From Mobula hypostoma (taxonomy: Eukaryota), in assembly GCF_963921235.1 (NCBI RefSeq), contig NC_086101.1:130696001-130760000 (forward strand): DNA of 64,000 bases. The letters run 5' to 3'. Below are positions 1 through 10,949 of the stretch, one piece after another. The notes beneath the pieces are model-generated. The model saw nothing but the letters and a program-made list of their open reading frames with translations. It had not been told where the DNA came from and did no database searches. Numbering within the stretch: position 1 is the stretch's first letter; each line of letters begins with the position of its first letter. The position numbers and the translations under genes were made by a program.

Positions 1-534
1 TTGTGCACGGGTGCCATCTTGACCGGAAACTGATTCAGGTTTTTGATCAAAGTACAGAAAAAAAACTGAAGCTAATTGAGAAATCTTTCTGCTGCAACCC
101 CCTTTCCATGGCTTCTGCTATTTGAGAGCCTCTGTTCAAGATGGCACTGGATTGACTATATTCTGCAAACTGTGCATCAGAATTAGATGTCTGGTGAACT
201 CTGCACTCTGAAAGATCCTGGGATTTCAGTATTAGTCTTAGAAGAAAGAAAGAGGATAATGAGAAACTTACTGATGGAATATATTCTGTGTGATTTGTTA
301 CTGTAAATTTGCCCTACCTCACATGTGTGCTAGGAGATTCAATGGAGAGTTGATTGGTGTGTAAGAATGAATAGTTTACAGAATTAAAAATATTGGGGAT
401 GGGTCAAATGTGCCAAATACTCTTCTCCCAGGACATGTGAAAAGTGAATCATTGAATAGCTTTGCAAAAGGGACAATTAAGTAGTAGTTTCCTTCTCTGT
501 GGCATTACTCTGTGATTACTTTAGTTCAGTAGTT

Positions 535-1500
535 CAATAGTTTCATTTAATATCAGAGAAATGTATACAATATATATCCTGAAACTCTTGTTCTTTGCAG
601 ATGTCCACAAAAATCAGAAGAGTTCCCCAAAGAATGAGTGACAGTAAAAAAAAATAATGATGGAACCCTAAAGCCCCCTACTTCCCTCCAAGTACAAGCA
701 GCAGCAAAGCAACAACCCCTTCCCAATTTATTCAGCATAAAAAAAAGCATCAACACCCTTCTCTCACCAAGTACACAATTGCAAAGCCCCCAATAAAGAC
801 CATGATCTGCAGTACAACAAGAACTAATCGTTCATCTGACAATTCTTCATACCACAGGCTCTCTTTCTCCCGAATGAAGAGAAAAAGAGATGTCCCCTTT
901 CACAGTGAGGGGAGACATAACAAAACAAATTGCTGATTTACGGTGTTAACCTTTATAGTGCTGCTTTTTTTTTTAAACTTTCAGACCCAAGAATCGGCAA
1001 CAAACTCTTTCCCACCAGTCAGAGCACGCGATTCACAGAGTAGACAGCCTCCGACAGCTTACATTGAGTTTAGAAAAGTAGTGGGCTATGGGTAACCTGA
1101 GGTAATTTCTAAAGTCAGGACCTGTTTGGCACAGCATTGTGGGCTGAAGGTATTGTGCTGGAGGTTTTCTGTTTCTATCCACTGATCCGGATGTTCCACT
1201 TTCTCCCACGATGCTTCAGTTGGAGTCACTGGCAATAAATTAGCTTATCCACAAAGCCACAAAACCTTGAATCATGAAGGTATGCTCATCTTCTAGGTCA
1301 TGTCTTTGGGATGTCATGAACCCCCAAGAACAGGTCCCACCGCTGCTAAGAGCTGAAGTCTGAGTGTAATCCCAGGTTAGAGTCTTCAACAGAACCCCAT
1401 CCATACTGAAAAGAAAAAAGAGACATCAAAGGTAGAAATTAAACTGTTTCCACAGATAAACTCAAAGGAGTCACCACTGGGTGCCAACGCAACTCCACCT
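535..1500 (-). mobile_element. Non-autonomous non-LTR element (same family as 15648-16512), with a short CR1 3' fragment inserted at ~1060-1177
   Basis: Reverse complement resembles 15648-16512, both the 3' end (...gtatacatt..ctgatatta...) and a decayed AAGATGGCGCC-like head near 1480-1498; no ORF. Confidence 0.55.
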
Positions 1501-3766
1501 TTACCGTATCATATCAAAATTACCTCACCTTTCCCATCTCAAAGAAAGCCAAACCTTAAATAAAACTTAATTTTTATTGTTCAGTTTTTGCTTTTACATT
1601 ATCAAATCAGGATCTCCCAATGGATGAATTTTACCTTGTTCTCCTCCTTTCCCCATGGAGTTGGGGAATGCACAGTGCAAGTATTATCAACCCTTTATGA
1701 TTGTTTTGCAGCTTCCAGGAATTGAAGGTTACAGAAGAAAAAAGGCATTTGGAGTGTCAAAAATAATGTTTATTTACATTAGTTATGGGCTGTGAAAATA
1801 CTGGACATCAGAAAAATACAGTGAAGGCTAGAGAGTTTGTTTGAGTAGTGTCAGAAATCATCCTATCAGATAGCAAAAACTTTATTGTTATTCCAGTCTG
1901 CCTTGAACGACAGCACTTTGGCATGGGTGCAGGGCAGTTAGAGGAGAAAAGTCGTTTGACAATATTTCCAGGAATAGATCCAACTATAGTTGACAACCCC
2001 AATCTATTCTGTAAGTTCCTATAATTTTGCACCATATATTTTCTTTGCTCTCTTTTGAAGGTTTTACTTTACTCCAGCTCAACTATAGTTACTTAGAATA
2101 CATGTACTCCGCCGCAGAAATTGATTGTCCCTTAGTGCCTAGTCTTGGTTAAAGACTGTAAACTGCACCTGCTTGGCCTTTATATCTGTGATAATTGTAC
2201 TGATTCACTGCTGTTTGAGGCATAAATGCTTTATATTTATTACTGCATTCAAGCTGCCACAGGTACTTGGATCTCAGCAAAGCAATAAAGAAAAAATATA
2301 CACAATATTATTAAAAAAGCAATGTTCTAGTAATGCATTGTATTAGCATGTCAATTTAACAACACCATAGTATTCCCTACGTTACAAAAAAACATTCTGG
2401 GCAGATGCATTTAACACTAGCAGAAGAAAACCCCTGTGTAACAGAGATACTCATTCCTGCTAATGAGTAATACATAGTGCACTAGTGGAGGCCAGGTGAT
2501 CTGCTGGAGTTACGATAGGAAGAGCCTACAGAATTGCTTCCTCCTATCTCTACCAGAGTTTAATGGAGGGAAGCATTCCACATCCTCATAACAGATGTCA
2601 GTGCAAGACGTCCAGCACTGAAGCAATCCATTTCGGTAATTGGATTAGGGAGTTATTCATAAATGTGTAATGACCTGTTCTGGTGTAAGACAGCATTGTG
2701 GGATCTCTCAACTGATTACTGGTGAACTGTGATTTAACAAGCTTCTCATATAATTTGTCTCATCCTCAGGGAGTCAATTGCAGTCAATGCCTCCCTCTCT
2801 GTGCTGGGAGATGAGGTTGTTGACATCCTTCTTAAACAGGCTTCCCTTAAACTTCCTCACCACCTTGCACCTCCTAGACCAGCTGCTCTTCAGGCTGAGC
2901 CATATAACCTCTCTGTTTCTTTGTCTCAGCCTGCTCTCTCTGTATCAGCACCTGATACCCTGCAGTGCACGACACAGCACAATAGATTCCCTGTCCCTGC
3001 TGAATGTACACAGCATTGTGCTCCTGGACTGAAACTGGTAATGGAGTCTGATCTATGGGAGACCAAAGGCATTCTCTACTGGTGTCCTTGCTTTTGCACT
3101 GTGCTTCACTATACCTCAGTTCAGCTGCTGTATTTAGAAAACACATTCGTACTGAGGACCAGGAATGTAGAAGGCTGCCTTAAACCCTAACATATTCCTT
3201 GTTCTCCAAGCAGTGGTGCCTGTTGAAAGTGTCAAACTTGTGTTTAATAAGCTGCATCCTTTAGCTTCCTGACTGTCCTAATTGATCTTGTATAAGACTT
3301 TCTTACTCCAACAAATATATGCATAACATAAACAGGAAGAAGTAGAGCATGGACTTCTGGTGCTGAATAATAGCAATGGAAATCTGAGCAAGTGCCCTTT
3401 GTTGCCGCTAATGAACAAAGCAGTGTAGTGCTGTTACAAGTGAATCAGCTAACTTAGCATCAAGCTAGAATCAATCTTGGAACATTCCTGTTTCCAATCC
3501 TTATCCATTCACTTTCCACTTCTCCTCAATTTATGTGAACTCTGTCTTGCAGGACATCTTCAATCTCTGTGGCAATCAGAGGTTCCCATTTGCTTCAAAG
3601 TGGGTGACAATCTTTCAAGGGCCCAAGAAGAGCAAGATGAGCTGCCTTAATGACCATCACCTACTGTGTTGAAGTGCTTTGAGAGGTTGGTCAAGGCTAG
3701 AATCAACTCCTGCCTAAGGAATGATGGCCCGTGAGTTTGTGAATCAGTGAGGCTGGATCTCAAGAC

Positions 3767-4005
3767 TGTTATGTTTTGTAACTCCAAAACATAAAACTAA
3801 TTGAAAGAAAACATGGAGCGAGGAATGCATGTCTTAGTTTCACTTTTACTTTAGTGAGCCACGTGCATATGGTGTGCTATAATGACATATGCCATTCATG
3901 TGATTTTACTTATAACCTATAATTGTGTAAACAACAAAGAATGCTTCATCAAACAATATATTTACAATATTGCTCAAATAATACTGATATATTAATTACA
4001 CAATA
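3767..4005 (-). repeat. 3' LTR of Gypsy element
   Basis: 239 bp, similar to 6916-7138 plus 7717-7739, adjacent to the PPT. Confidence 0.85.
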
Positions 4006-4059
4006 CTCCTTCCCTGCTTTCAACTCAATATAGAATGCATCTCTCTCTCTTATAGAGAA

Positions 4060-6700
4060 TAGAAAGGTTTCCCTTTTGACCATCTCTGCCATAATAGGGA
4101 GACTTTCAATTTGCTTTAAGGAGAACTCATCAAGAGTGGTATCTTTTTATAAAAGTTTCAGGTATTTCATTTTCCAAGGGTAAACAGGACAATCCATCAG
4201 CATTTCCATGATTATTTGTCCTCTTGAATTCAATCTTGTAATTATGTCCTCCAGGAAATAAAGCCCATCTCTGCATTTGTGCTGCTGCTGTTGGTGAAAC
4301 ACCCTTCTGTGGAATGAGAATGGACACTAGAGGCTGATGAACAGTAACGAGGGTAAGTTCTGTCCCATACAAGTGCTGTTTGAAATGCTGTACACCTCAA
4401 ACCAGACTCAAGGCCTCTATGTCAATCCCTGCATAATTTTTCTCTGTAGCGATGCGGGAACTTGATGCAAAGGCATCAAGGTGTTCACTTCTATCGCACA
4501 TAACATGTGGCATGACTGCACCTATACCATAAGACAAGGCATCACAGGCAAGCTTCACTGGACAATGTGGACGGGAATGTGTGAGTGCAGTGTCTGACGT
4601 TACCATTTCCTTTACCTTTTGGAAAGCCACCTCACATTGCTTTGTCCATTGCCATTTCTTCCTGATCTGTAGCAATGAATTCCAGGGGAGGAGCACAGTA
4701 GCCAAGTTTGGCAGGAACCTGTTATAGTAATTGACAAATCCTAAAATGGACACCAACAGTGACATGTCCTTTGACCTTGGGGCATCCACCACTGCTTGAA
4801 CTTTCTCAGCACTTGTGTAGAACTTGTGTGTTGATGGTGTGACAATAGTAAATGATGCTTGGTTTAAATAATTCACACTTGTTGCATCATGCTTTGAGCC
4901 CATTATCTTCTAATCTCAAACACTTTGAGATTTTGGAGATGCTCTTTGTAATCCTTATTGGTAACAATGATGTCATCCAGAGAACACTGAGTGTCTGGGC
5001 AGACTGCAGCACCTGGACCATGGCTTTCTGTCGGAGTGCAGGTGCAAATGCTACACCAAAATTAAGCCTATTATAGCGATAAAGCCTCTTGTGAGTTTTT
5101 ATGGTGAGAAACACTTTGCACTCTTTTTCCACCTCCATTTGCAGGCAGGTCTCAACTCAGTACCCTTTGGTAAAGTGTTTTCCTCTGGGCATAAGGCATT
5201 GATGTACTTTCAGTACTGATTTGATAGTGACCTTAAAATCACCACCGATCCTGACAGACCCATTCTCTTTAGCTACTGGGACCACTGTGTTGTCTATGGG
5301 TTCCACTCAACCTTGGAAATAATTCCTTTAGCCTGCATGTCATCTAACTCACTGGCTACCTTATCACAGATGGTATAAGGATCGGAATAGGTGTTATAAA
5401 ACTTGAGTGCAGCATTTTCATTCAACGTCACTTTACCCTTAATATGTTTGAGTTTTCCAATGCCATCCTTGGACACTGCTGTGGCATCATCCAGTGCCAT
5501 TGTTAATTTGCTTTCAGTTCACTCTATTACAGAGGATGTGACGTGAAGATGGTAGGTGGATCTTCAACCAATCACATCCTCACAATGATGACCATCCTGT
5601 GTCTACCATATACAAGCCCAATATGACTTGTTGGTCGTTGTACTTCACTGTTATTGATGTCATTCCTTCTGGAATCATCTTTTCTCCAATATAAGTTCTT
5701 AGTTAGATATTTACAGGCCTCAGTTCAGTGTCTTTGAAATGACATTCAAGCTCATTTTGTTGAATGACTGAAACAGTTGAGCCAGTGTCCAATTCCATTT
5801 TAATTAATTTGCCTTTTACTTCTGGTGTAAGGTATTTTGTTTGACTATTACTGGTTTTCATATTGTAAATCTCAAGGCTACCTAGTCCTATATCACTCTC
5901 ATCATTGTCAGATTATTCATCATCAACATTCAGATTAGCATTCTTTTTGAAACTGCAACTTGACTTTTTACCTTTTTTCTTCCCTGTGCAGTCAATTATT
6001 TTGTCTCCCTGACATGTTCTTTGTATGTGTACTATTTTATTGCATTTTCTGCAAATTTCATCTTTAAATCTGCATTGTTCTGCTGTATGTGAGCCCTGCA
6101 ATGTCAACAGAATTTGCTCAGCCAGGGAGGACTCCATCTAAGCATTGCAGTTTTGTTCACACTTATTTTCATTCCCAACACAATTGCATCTCTGTCTGTG
6201 GTTTCCATTGATAAATTTATTTCAACCGCTCTTTTAAATGTAAGTTATGCTTCAGTTAGGAGCTGTTTTGAATTCTTTCTTGTAAGGTTTCTCAATCCAA
6301 ACAATCTCTCAGAGCATCTTTAAGCCCATCACTGAACTGACAATGTTCAGAGAACTTCTTTAATTCAGCTACATAGACTGAAATAGATTCCCCTTCCTTC
6401 TGATTCCGCATATGAAACCTAAAGTGTTCCGCTTCAATGACAACGGTTTTGGTTCTAAATATTCCTGCATTACTTTCACAATATCAGCAAGGCTCATTTC
6501 AGCTGGTTTGGATGGAATAGTCAAACTTCTAATCAAACTATATGCTCTTTTGCCCAGTACACTTGGCAAAACTAGCACTCAATTCTCATTGGCTATTTCA
6601 TTTGCTTCAAACTACTGCTCAGTTCCTCAATATCCACAATACTGCTTTATATCCTGTTAGCTGTTATGTCATCGAACATGTCTATCTTCCTGATATTAGC
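4060..6700 (-). pseudogene. gag-protease-RT-RNase H remnant
   Basis: ORF fragments 6369-6578 (gag N), 5913-6137 (zinc knuckle), 5294-5500 and 4887-5138 (RT), 4397-4903 and 4130-4372 (RT connection, RNase H); many stops and frameshifts. Confidence 0.85.
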
Positions 6701-7138
6701 CAGTTATTTCTGCTTTTTTAAAAAAGCATGATTATTTTGAACTGGTACTCATTGTATATGAACATTTTTATTTTGTCCATTTTCTGCCTTTTTTTAATTC
6801 AGGTGTCTTTGTCCTTTTCTGAAGAAGCACATGCTGTGATTTGTTTTACTTGAGCTTCTAGCTGCACTTCAATAGGTAGGTGGTCATTTTGGGTTTGTTT
6901 AAAACTTGTCACCACTGATATGTTCTGTAACTCCAAAACATAAAACTAGTTGAAAGAAAACACGGAGCCAGGAATGCTTCTCTTAGTTTCATTTTTACTT
7001 TAGCAAGAGACACGCGTATGACATGGTGATGTAATAATGTATGCCATTTATGCACTTCTACATATACCCAGTAATGAATTATGTAAACAATAAGGAACAC
7101 TTAATGAGACAATATACTTACAATATTAGTCAAATATT

Positions 7139-7709
7139 CTGATTTGCTGGAGGCAGACGTGAGACCAGAGGAACATCTGGTGAAACTTCTCAAATGCCTG
7201 CCACTGCTACTGTGTGATCCGAAATCTCCGGAGGGTAAGGTCCCGAATCCTTGGCTTTGCCTGTTGCTTGGCGACTGGGGCCGGGGTTGAAGCGCTTGGC
7301 AGAGATGGTGATTGGTGTCGGAGGGCTGGTTAGAGGCTCTAAGTTTCTGGACGGACTCAGTCGAACTGTGGTCGGGTGCTTCCAGGATGCTGTGTTGGCA
7401 AGTTTGCGGCGCTGGAAGCTCATGGCAGGGAGAGTTTCGTCCTTCTGCCATCTGTGTGAGATGTTGGGGCTATCAGGACTTTAAGACTTTTTTTTACCCT
7501 GCCCATGGTCTGCTCTTATCAAATTACGGTATTACTTTGCACTGTTGAAGCTATATGTTACAATTATGTGGTTTTTGTCAGTTTTAGTCTTGGTCTGTCT
7601 TGTGTTTCTGTGATATTATACCGGAGGAACTTTGTATAATTTTTTAATGCATACATTTCTAAATGACAATAAACGATGTCTGAGTGTCCTCATAATCTAA
7701 ATCTAATCT
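7139..7709 (+). mobile_element. 5'-truncated non-autonomous Rex1-tailed element inserted in the Gypsy 5' LTR
   Basis: 7-bp TSD aaatatt (7132-7138/7710-7716); ends taaatgacaataaa...(taatc)n; homologous to 43014-44208. Confidence 0.8.
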
Positions 7710-7739
7710 AAATATTACTGAAATAGTAAATAAACATCA

Positions 7740-8218
7740 GAGGCCTTGTAGTCATTTCTGGGTTTGGAGTTCGAGGTCTGGTGTTTGGTGATTGGTAGGT
7801 CCTGTGATTGACAGCAAGGATTGAAGCATGTGGGCCAAATTGGAAGTCTGGAAGTTGAGGCTCATTGGCCAGATCCTCAGGTCTATGGATCTCCAAGTTT
7901 GTGGTAGTCAAATGACAATGTCTGTGCCTGAATCCTGGTCTGCTGGAGGCTGAAGAATATGGACTGTCTTGGTGGACTGTGTATGTGTGGGTGGGAGGGA
8001 GGAACAGGGGCTTGTTTTACTGTTGTTTTGTTGCTTGTCGTGCTGTTTTATTTTTCTCTGCTGAGCATTGTGAGCATGATGTGTTGGCACTGGAATGTGT
8101 GTCGACACTTGCAGGCTGCACTCAGTACCCTTCTGGGTGTGTTGGTTGCTAATGCAAATGATGAATTACACCGTACGTTTCAAGGCACACATGATAAATA
8201 AACTTGAATCTTGAATCT
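7740..8218 (+). mobile_element. Non-autonomous LINE-tailed repeat, probable target of the Gypsy insertion
   Basis: Ends aataaa(cttgaat)n; similar-looking sequence lies left of 3767. Confidence 0.45.
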
Positions 8219-9688
8219 TTATGCATTGTATGTTTTTTCTTATTCATTTGTTAATCATTCTATTAATGTCCCACTCATATACTGTTCATCCCTACAGCTT
8301 TCGGGAACAATTTCTGAATGTTCACCCTCTGGATGAAGCCATTTCTCCTGAGTTCCCTTACAGTGTTGTTGCTGCTTATTAATGAAACTGCCTTTACATT
8401 CTCCCACAAGTAGGAACTCATGCTACAAGGGTCCAATGAATTTGTTCTTTGGGGATAATGGATGAGTGTTACTGGCAGTGATACATTCACACTCACTTGA
8501 TGCAAGCAAATATCTCTTCACTTTATCTGCATCTAGTTGGATAAGCCCTTATAGTTTTAAGAAGCTGCATCAGATCACATCTTGGTTATTCCTTCTTGGA
8601 GAGATGCAGAGTTGGTAAAGTTACTTCCTCACAGTCTGAGAGGTATGGGTTCACTCCTGACCTTGAGTGGTAAAGTTACTGTCTCAGTCTGAAAGGCCTG
8701 GGTTCACTCCTGATCCTCATTTGTAAAGTTACTGTCTGAGAGGCCTGAATTCACTCCTGACTTTGAGGAGTAAATTCAGGCCTCTCAGATAGCAACTTTA
8801 CCAGGCCTGGTAAAGGCCTGGGTTCACTCCTGAACTTGAGTGGTAAAACTACTGTTTCACAGTATGACAGATAGAGGTTCTTGAGTGCTATCCCTATCAA
8901 GTTAGCATGCTCTCAATATGAATGCTTCAGTTTCGTCCTGCATTCCAAACACATGCAGGTTGGTAAGTAAACTGGCTACTGTAAGTTGCCCCTAGTATGT
9001 AGGTTAAGTGGTAGAATCTTGTGGGCGGGAATTGAATTGACTTTATTGCTTACATCCTACTAATGCATGAGTAAAAATCTTTACGTTACGTCTTGTTACA
9101 TACCTCATGGATATCTTGTGTTTGTTTTATAAGGATGATGTAACGGTCTTGCGGAGGTCACATGATGTAATTTTCCCGCCGATGTGAGGTCACGTGATAA
9201 CCTGTTCTCACCAGGTATATAAGGGTAGACCCCTGGTGACGCAGTTAGTTTTCAGTTTAAATCGTCAGTGAGATACTCCACTATGCTGCATATTTGCCTT
9301 ATGATGCAGTTTAATCTTAAAACGGAGTTTTCCTATCTATTGTAAGGTACAGAAGTGTTGGGCCGGCAGTTTCACCAATAGCTGCCAGATTTGTTGATGT
9401 ACCTTTTCAGTAGTATTGGACAGTGAAGACGGGAACCTGAAAGAGTCGTTTGGCAGTTTTGGAGAGGATCGACAATTATTGAACTCATTCAAGAAAGTGA
9501 TCTGCATGAGATAACCTATGCTAAAGCGGTAAAGGTTGTGCAGTATCTAGTCTATTCTACAGGGAAAAAAAGTCAGTGCCTTTAAAGTCGCAAACAACAG
9601 GAATTCTGCAGATGCTGGAAATTCAAGCAACACACATCAAAGTTGCTGGTGAACACAGCAGGCCAGGCAGCATCTCTATGAAGAGGTA

Positions 9689-9726
9689 CAGTTGACGTTT
9701 CGGGCCGAGACCCTTCGTCAGGACTA
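9689..9726 (-). ncRNA. Minimal type I hammerhead ribozyme in Penelope pLTR
   Basis: UAGUC-CUGACGA-AGGGUCUCGGCCC-GAAAC-GUC-AACUG; core intact, one stem I mismatch. Confidence 0.75.
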
Positions 9727-10911
9727 ACTGAAGGAAGAGCTAGTAAGAGATTTGAAAGTGGGAGGGGGAGGGGGAGATCCAAAATGATAGGAGAAGACAG
9801 GAGGGGGAGGGAAGGAGCCAAGAGTTGGACAGGTGATTGGCAAAGGGGATATGAGAGGATCATGGGACAGGATGTCTGGGGAGAAAGACAAAGGGGGGGG
9901 GAACCCAGAGGATGGGCAAGGGGTATAGTCAGAGGGACAGAGGGAGAAAAAGAGAGAGAGTGTATAAAAATAAATAACGGATGGGGTACGAGGGGGAGGT
10001 GGGGCATTAGCAGAAGTTAGAGAAGTCGATGTTCATGCCATCAGGTTGGAGGCTACCCAGACGGAATATAAGGTGTTGTTCCTCCAACCTGAGTGTGGCT
10101 TCATCTTTACAGTAGAGGAGGCTGTGGATAGACATGTCAGAATGGGAATGGGATGTGGAATTAAAATGCGTAGTCACTGGGAGATCCTGCTTTCTCTGGT
10201 GGACAGAGCATAGATGTTCAGCAAAGTGGTCTCCCAGTCTGCGTCGGGTCTCGCCAATATATTCAAGGCCACATAGGGAGCACCGGACGCAGTATATCAC
10301 CCCAGCTGACTCACAGGTGAAGTGTCGCCTCACCTGGAAGGACTGTCTGGGGCCCTGAATGGTGGTAAGGGAGGAAGTGTAAGGGCATGTGTAGCACTTG
10401 TTCCGCTTACAAGGATAAGTGCCAGGAGGGAGATCAGTGCGGAGGGATGGGGGGACGAATGGACAAGGGAATCACGTAGGAAGCGATCCCTGTGGAAAGC
10501 AGAGTGGGGGAGGGAAAGATGTGCTTAGTGGTGGGATCCCGTTGGAGGTGGCGGAAGTTACGGAGAATATGTTGGACCCGGAGGCTGGTGGGGTTGTAGG
10601 TAAGGACCAGGGGAACCCTATTCTTAGTGGGGTGGTGGAAGGATGGAGTGAGAGCAGATGTACGTGAAATGGGGGAGATGTGTTTGAGAGCAGAGTTGAT
10701 AGTGGAGGAAGGGAAGCCCCTTTCTTTAAAAAAGTAGGACATCTCCCTCGTCCTGGAATGAAAAGCCTCGTCCTGAGAGCAGATGCGGCGGAGATGGAGG
10801 GATTGCGAGAAGGGGATGGCATTTTTGCAAGAGACAGGGTGAGAAGAGGAATAGTCCAGATAGCCCCCTCCCCCTCCCACTTTCAAATCTCTTACTAACT
10901 CTTCCTTCATT

Positions 10912-10949
10912 TAGTCCTGACAAAAGGTCTCGGCCTGAAACGTCGACTG
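10912..10949 (+). ncRNA. Minimal hammerhead in inverted pLTR, core mutated
   Basis: UAGUC-CUGACAA-AAGGUCUCGGCCU-GAAAC-GUC-GACUG; G-to-A change in CUGANGA. Confidence 0.6.

Larger units (their letters stand above)
3767..7739 (-). mobile_element. Decayed Gypsy LTR retrotransposon, integrase deleted
   Basis: Two homologous LTRs (3767-4005; 6916-7739 interrupted); PBS-like GTGGTGACAAG at 6905-6915(-); PPT AGGGAAGGAG at 4006-4015(-); gag, RT and RNase H fragments (LGFVNYYNRFLPNLA, LACDALSYGIGAV, QMQRWALF, GNADGLS); degenerate 5-bp TSD aagac/gaggc. Confidence 0.9.

Noticed and set aside
2778-3190. Overlapping 84-129 aa ORFs as a host exon
   Set aside because: No recognisable domain or convincing splice sites
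8613-8886. CRISPR-like array
   Set aside because: Degenerate tandem units without unique spacers; vertebrate SINE context
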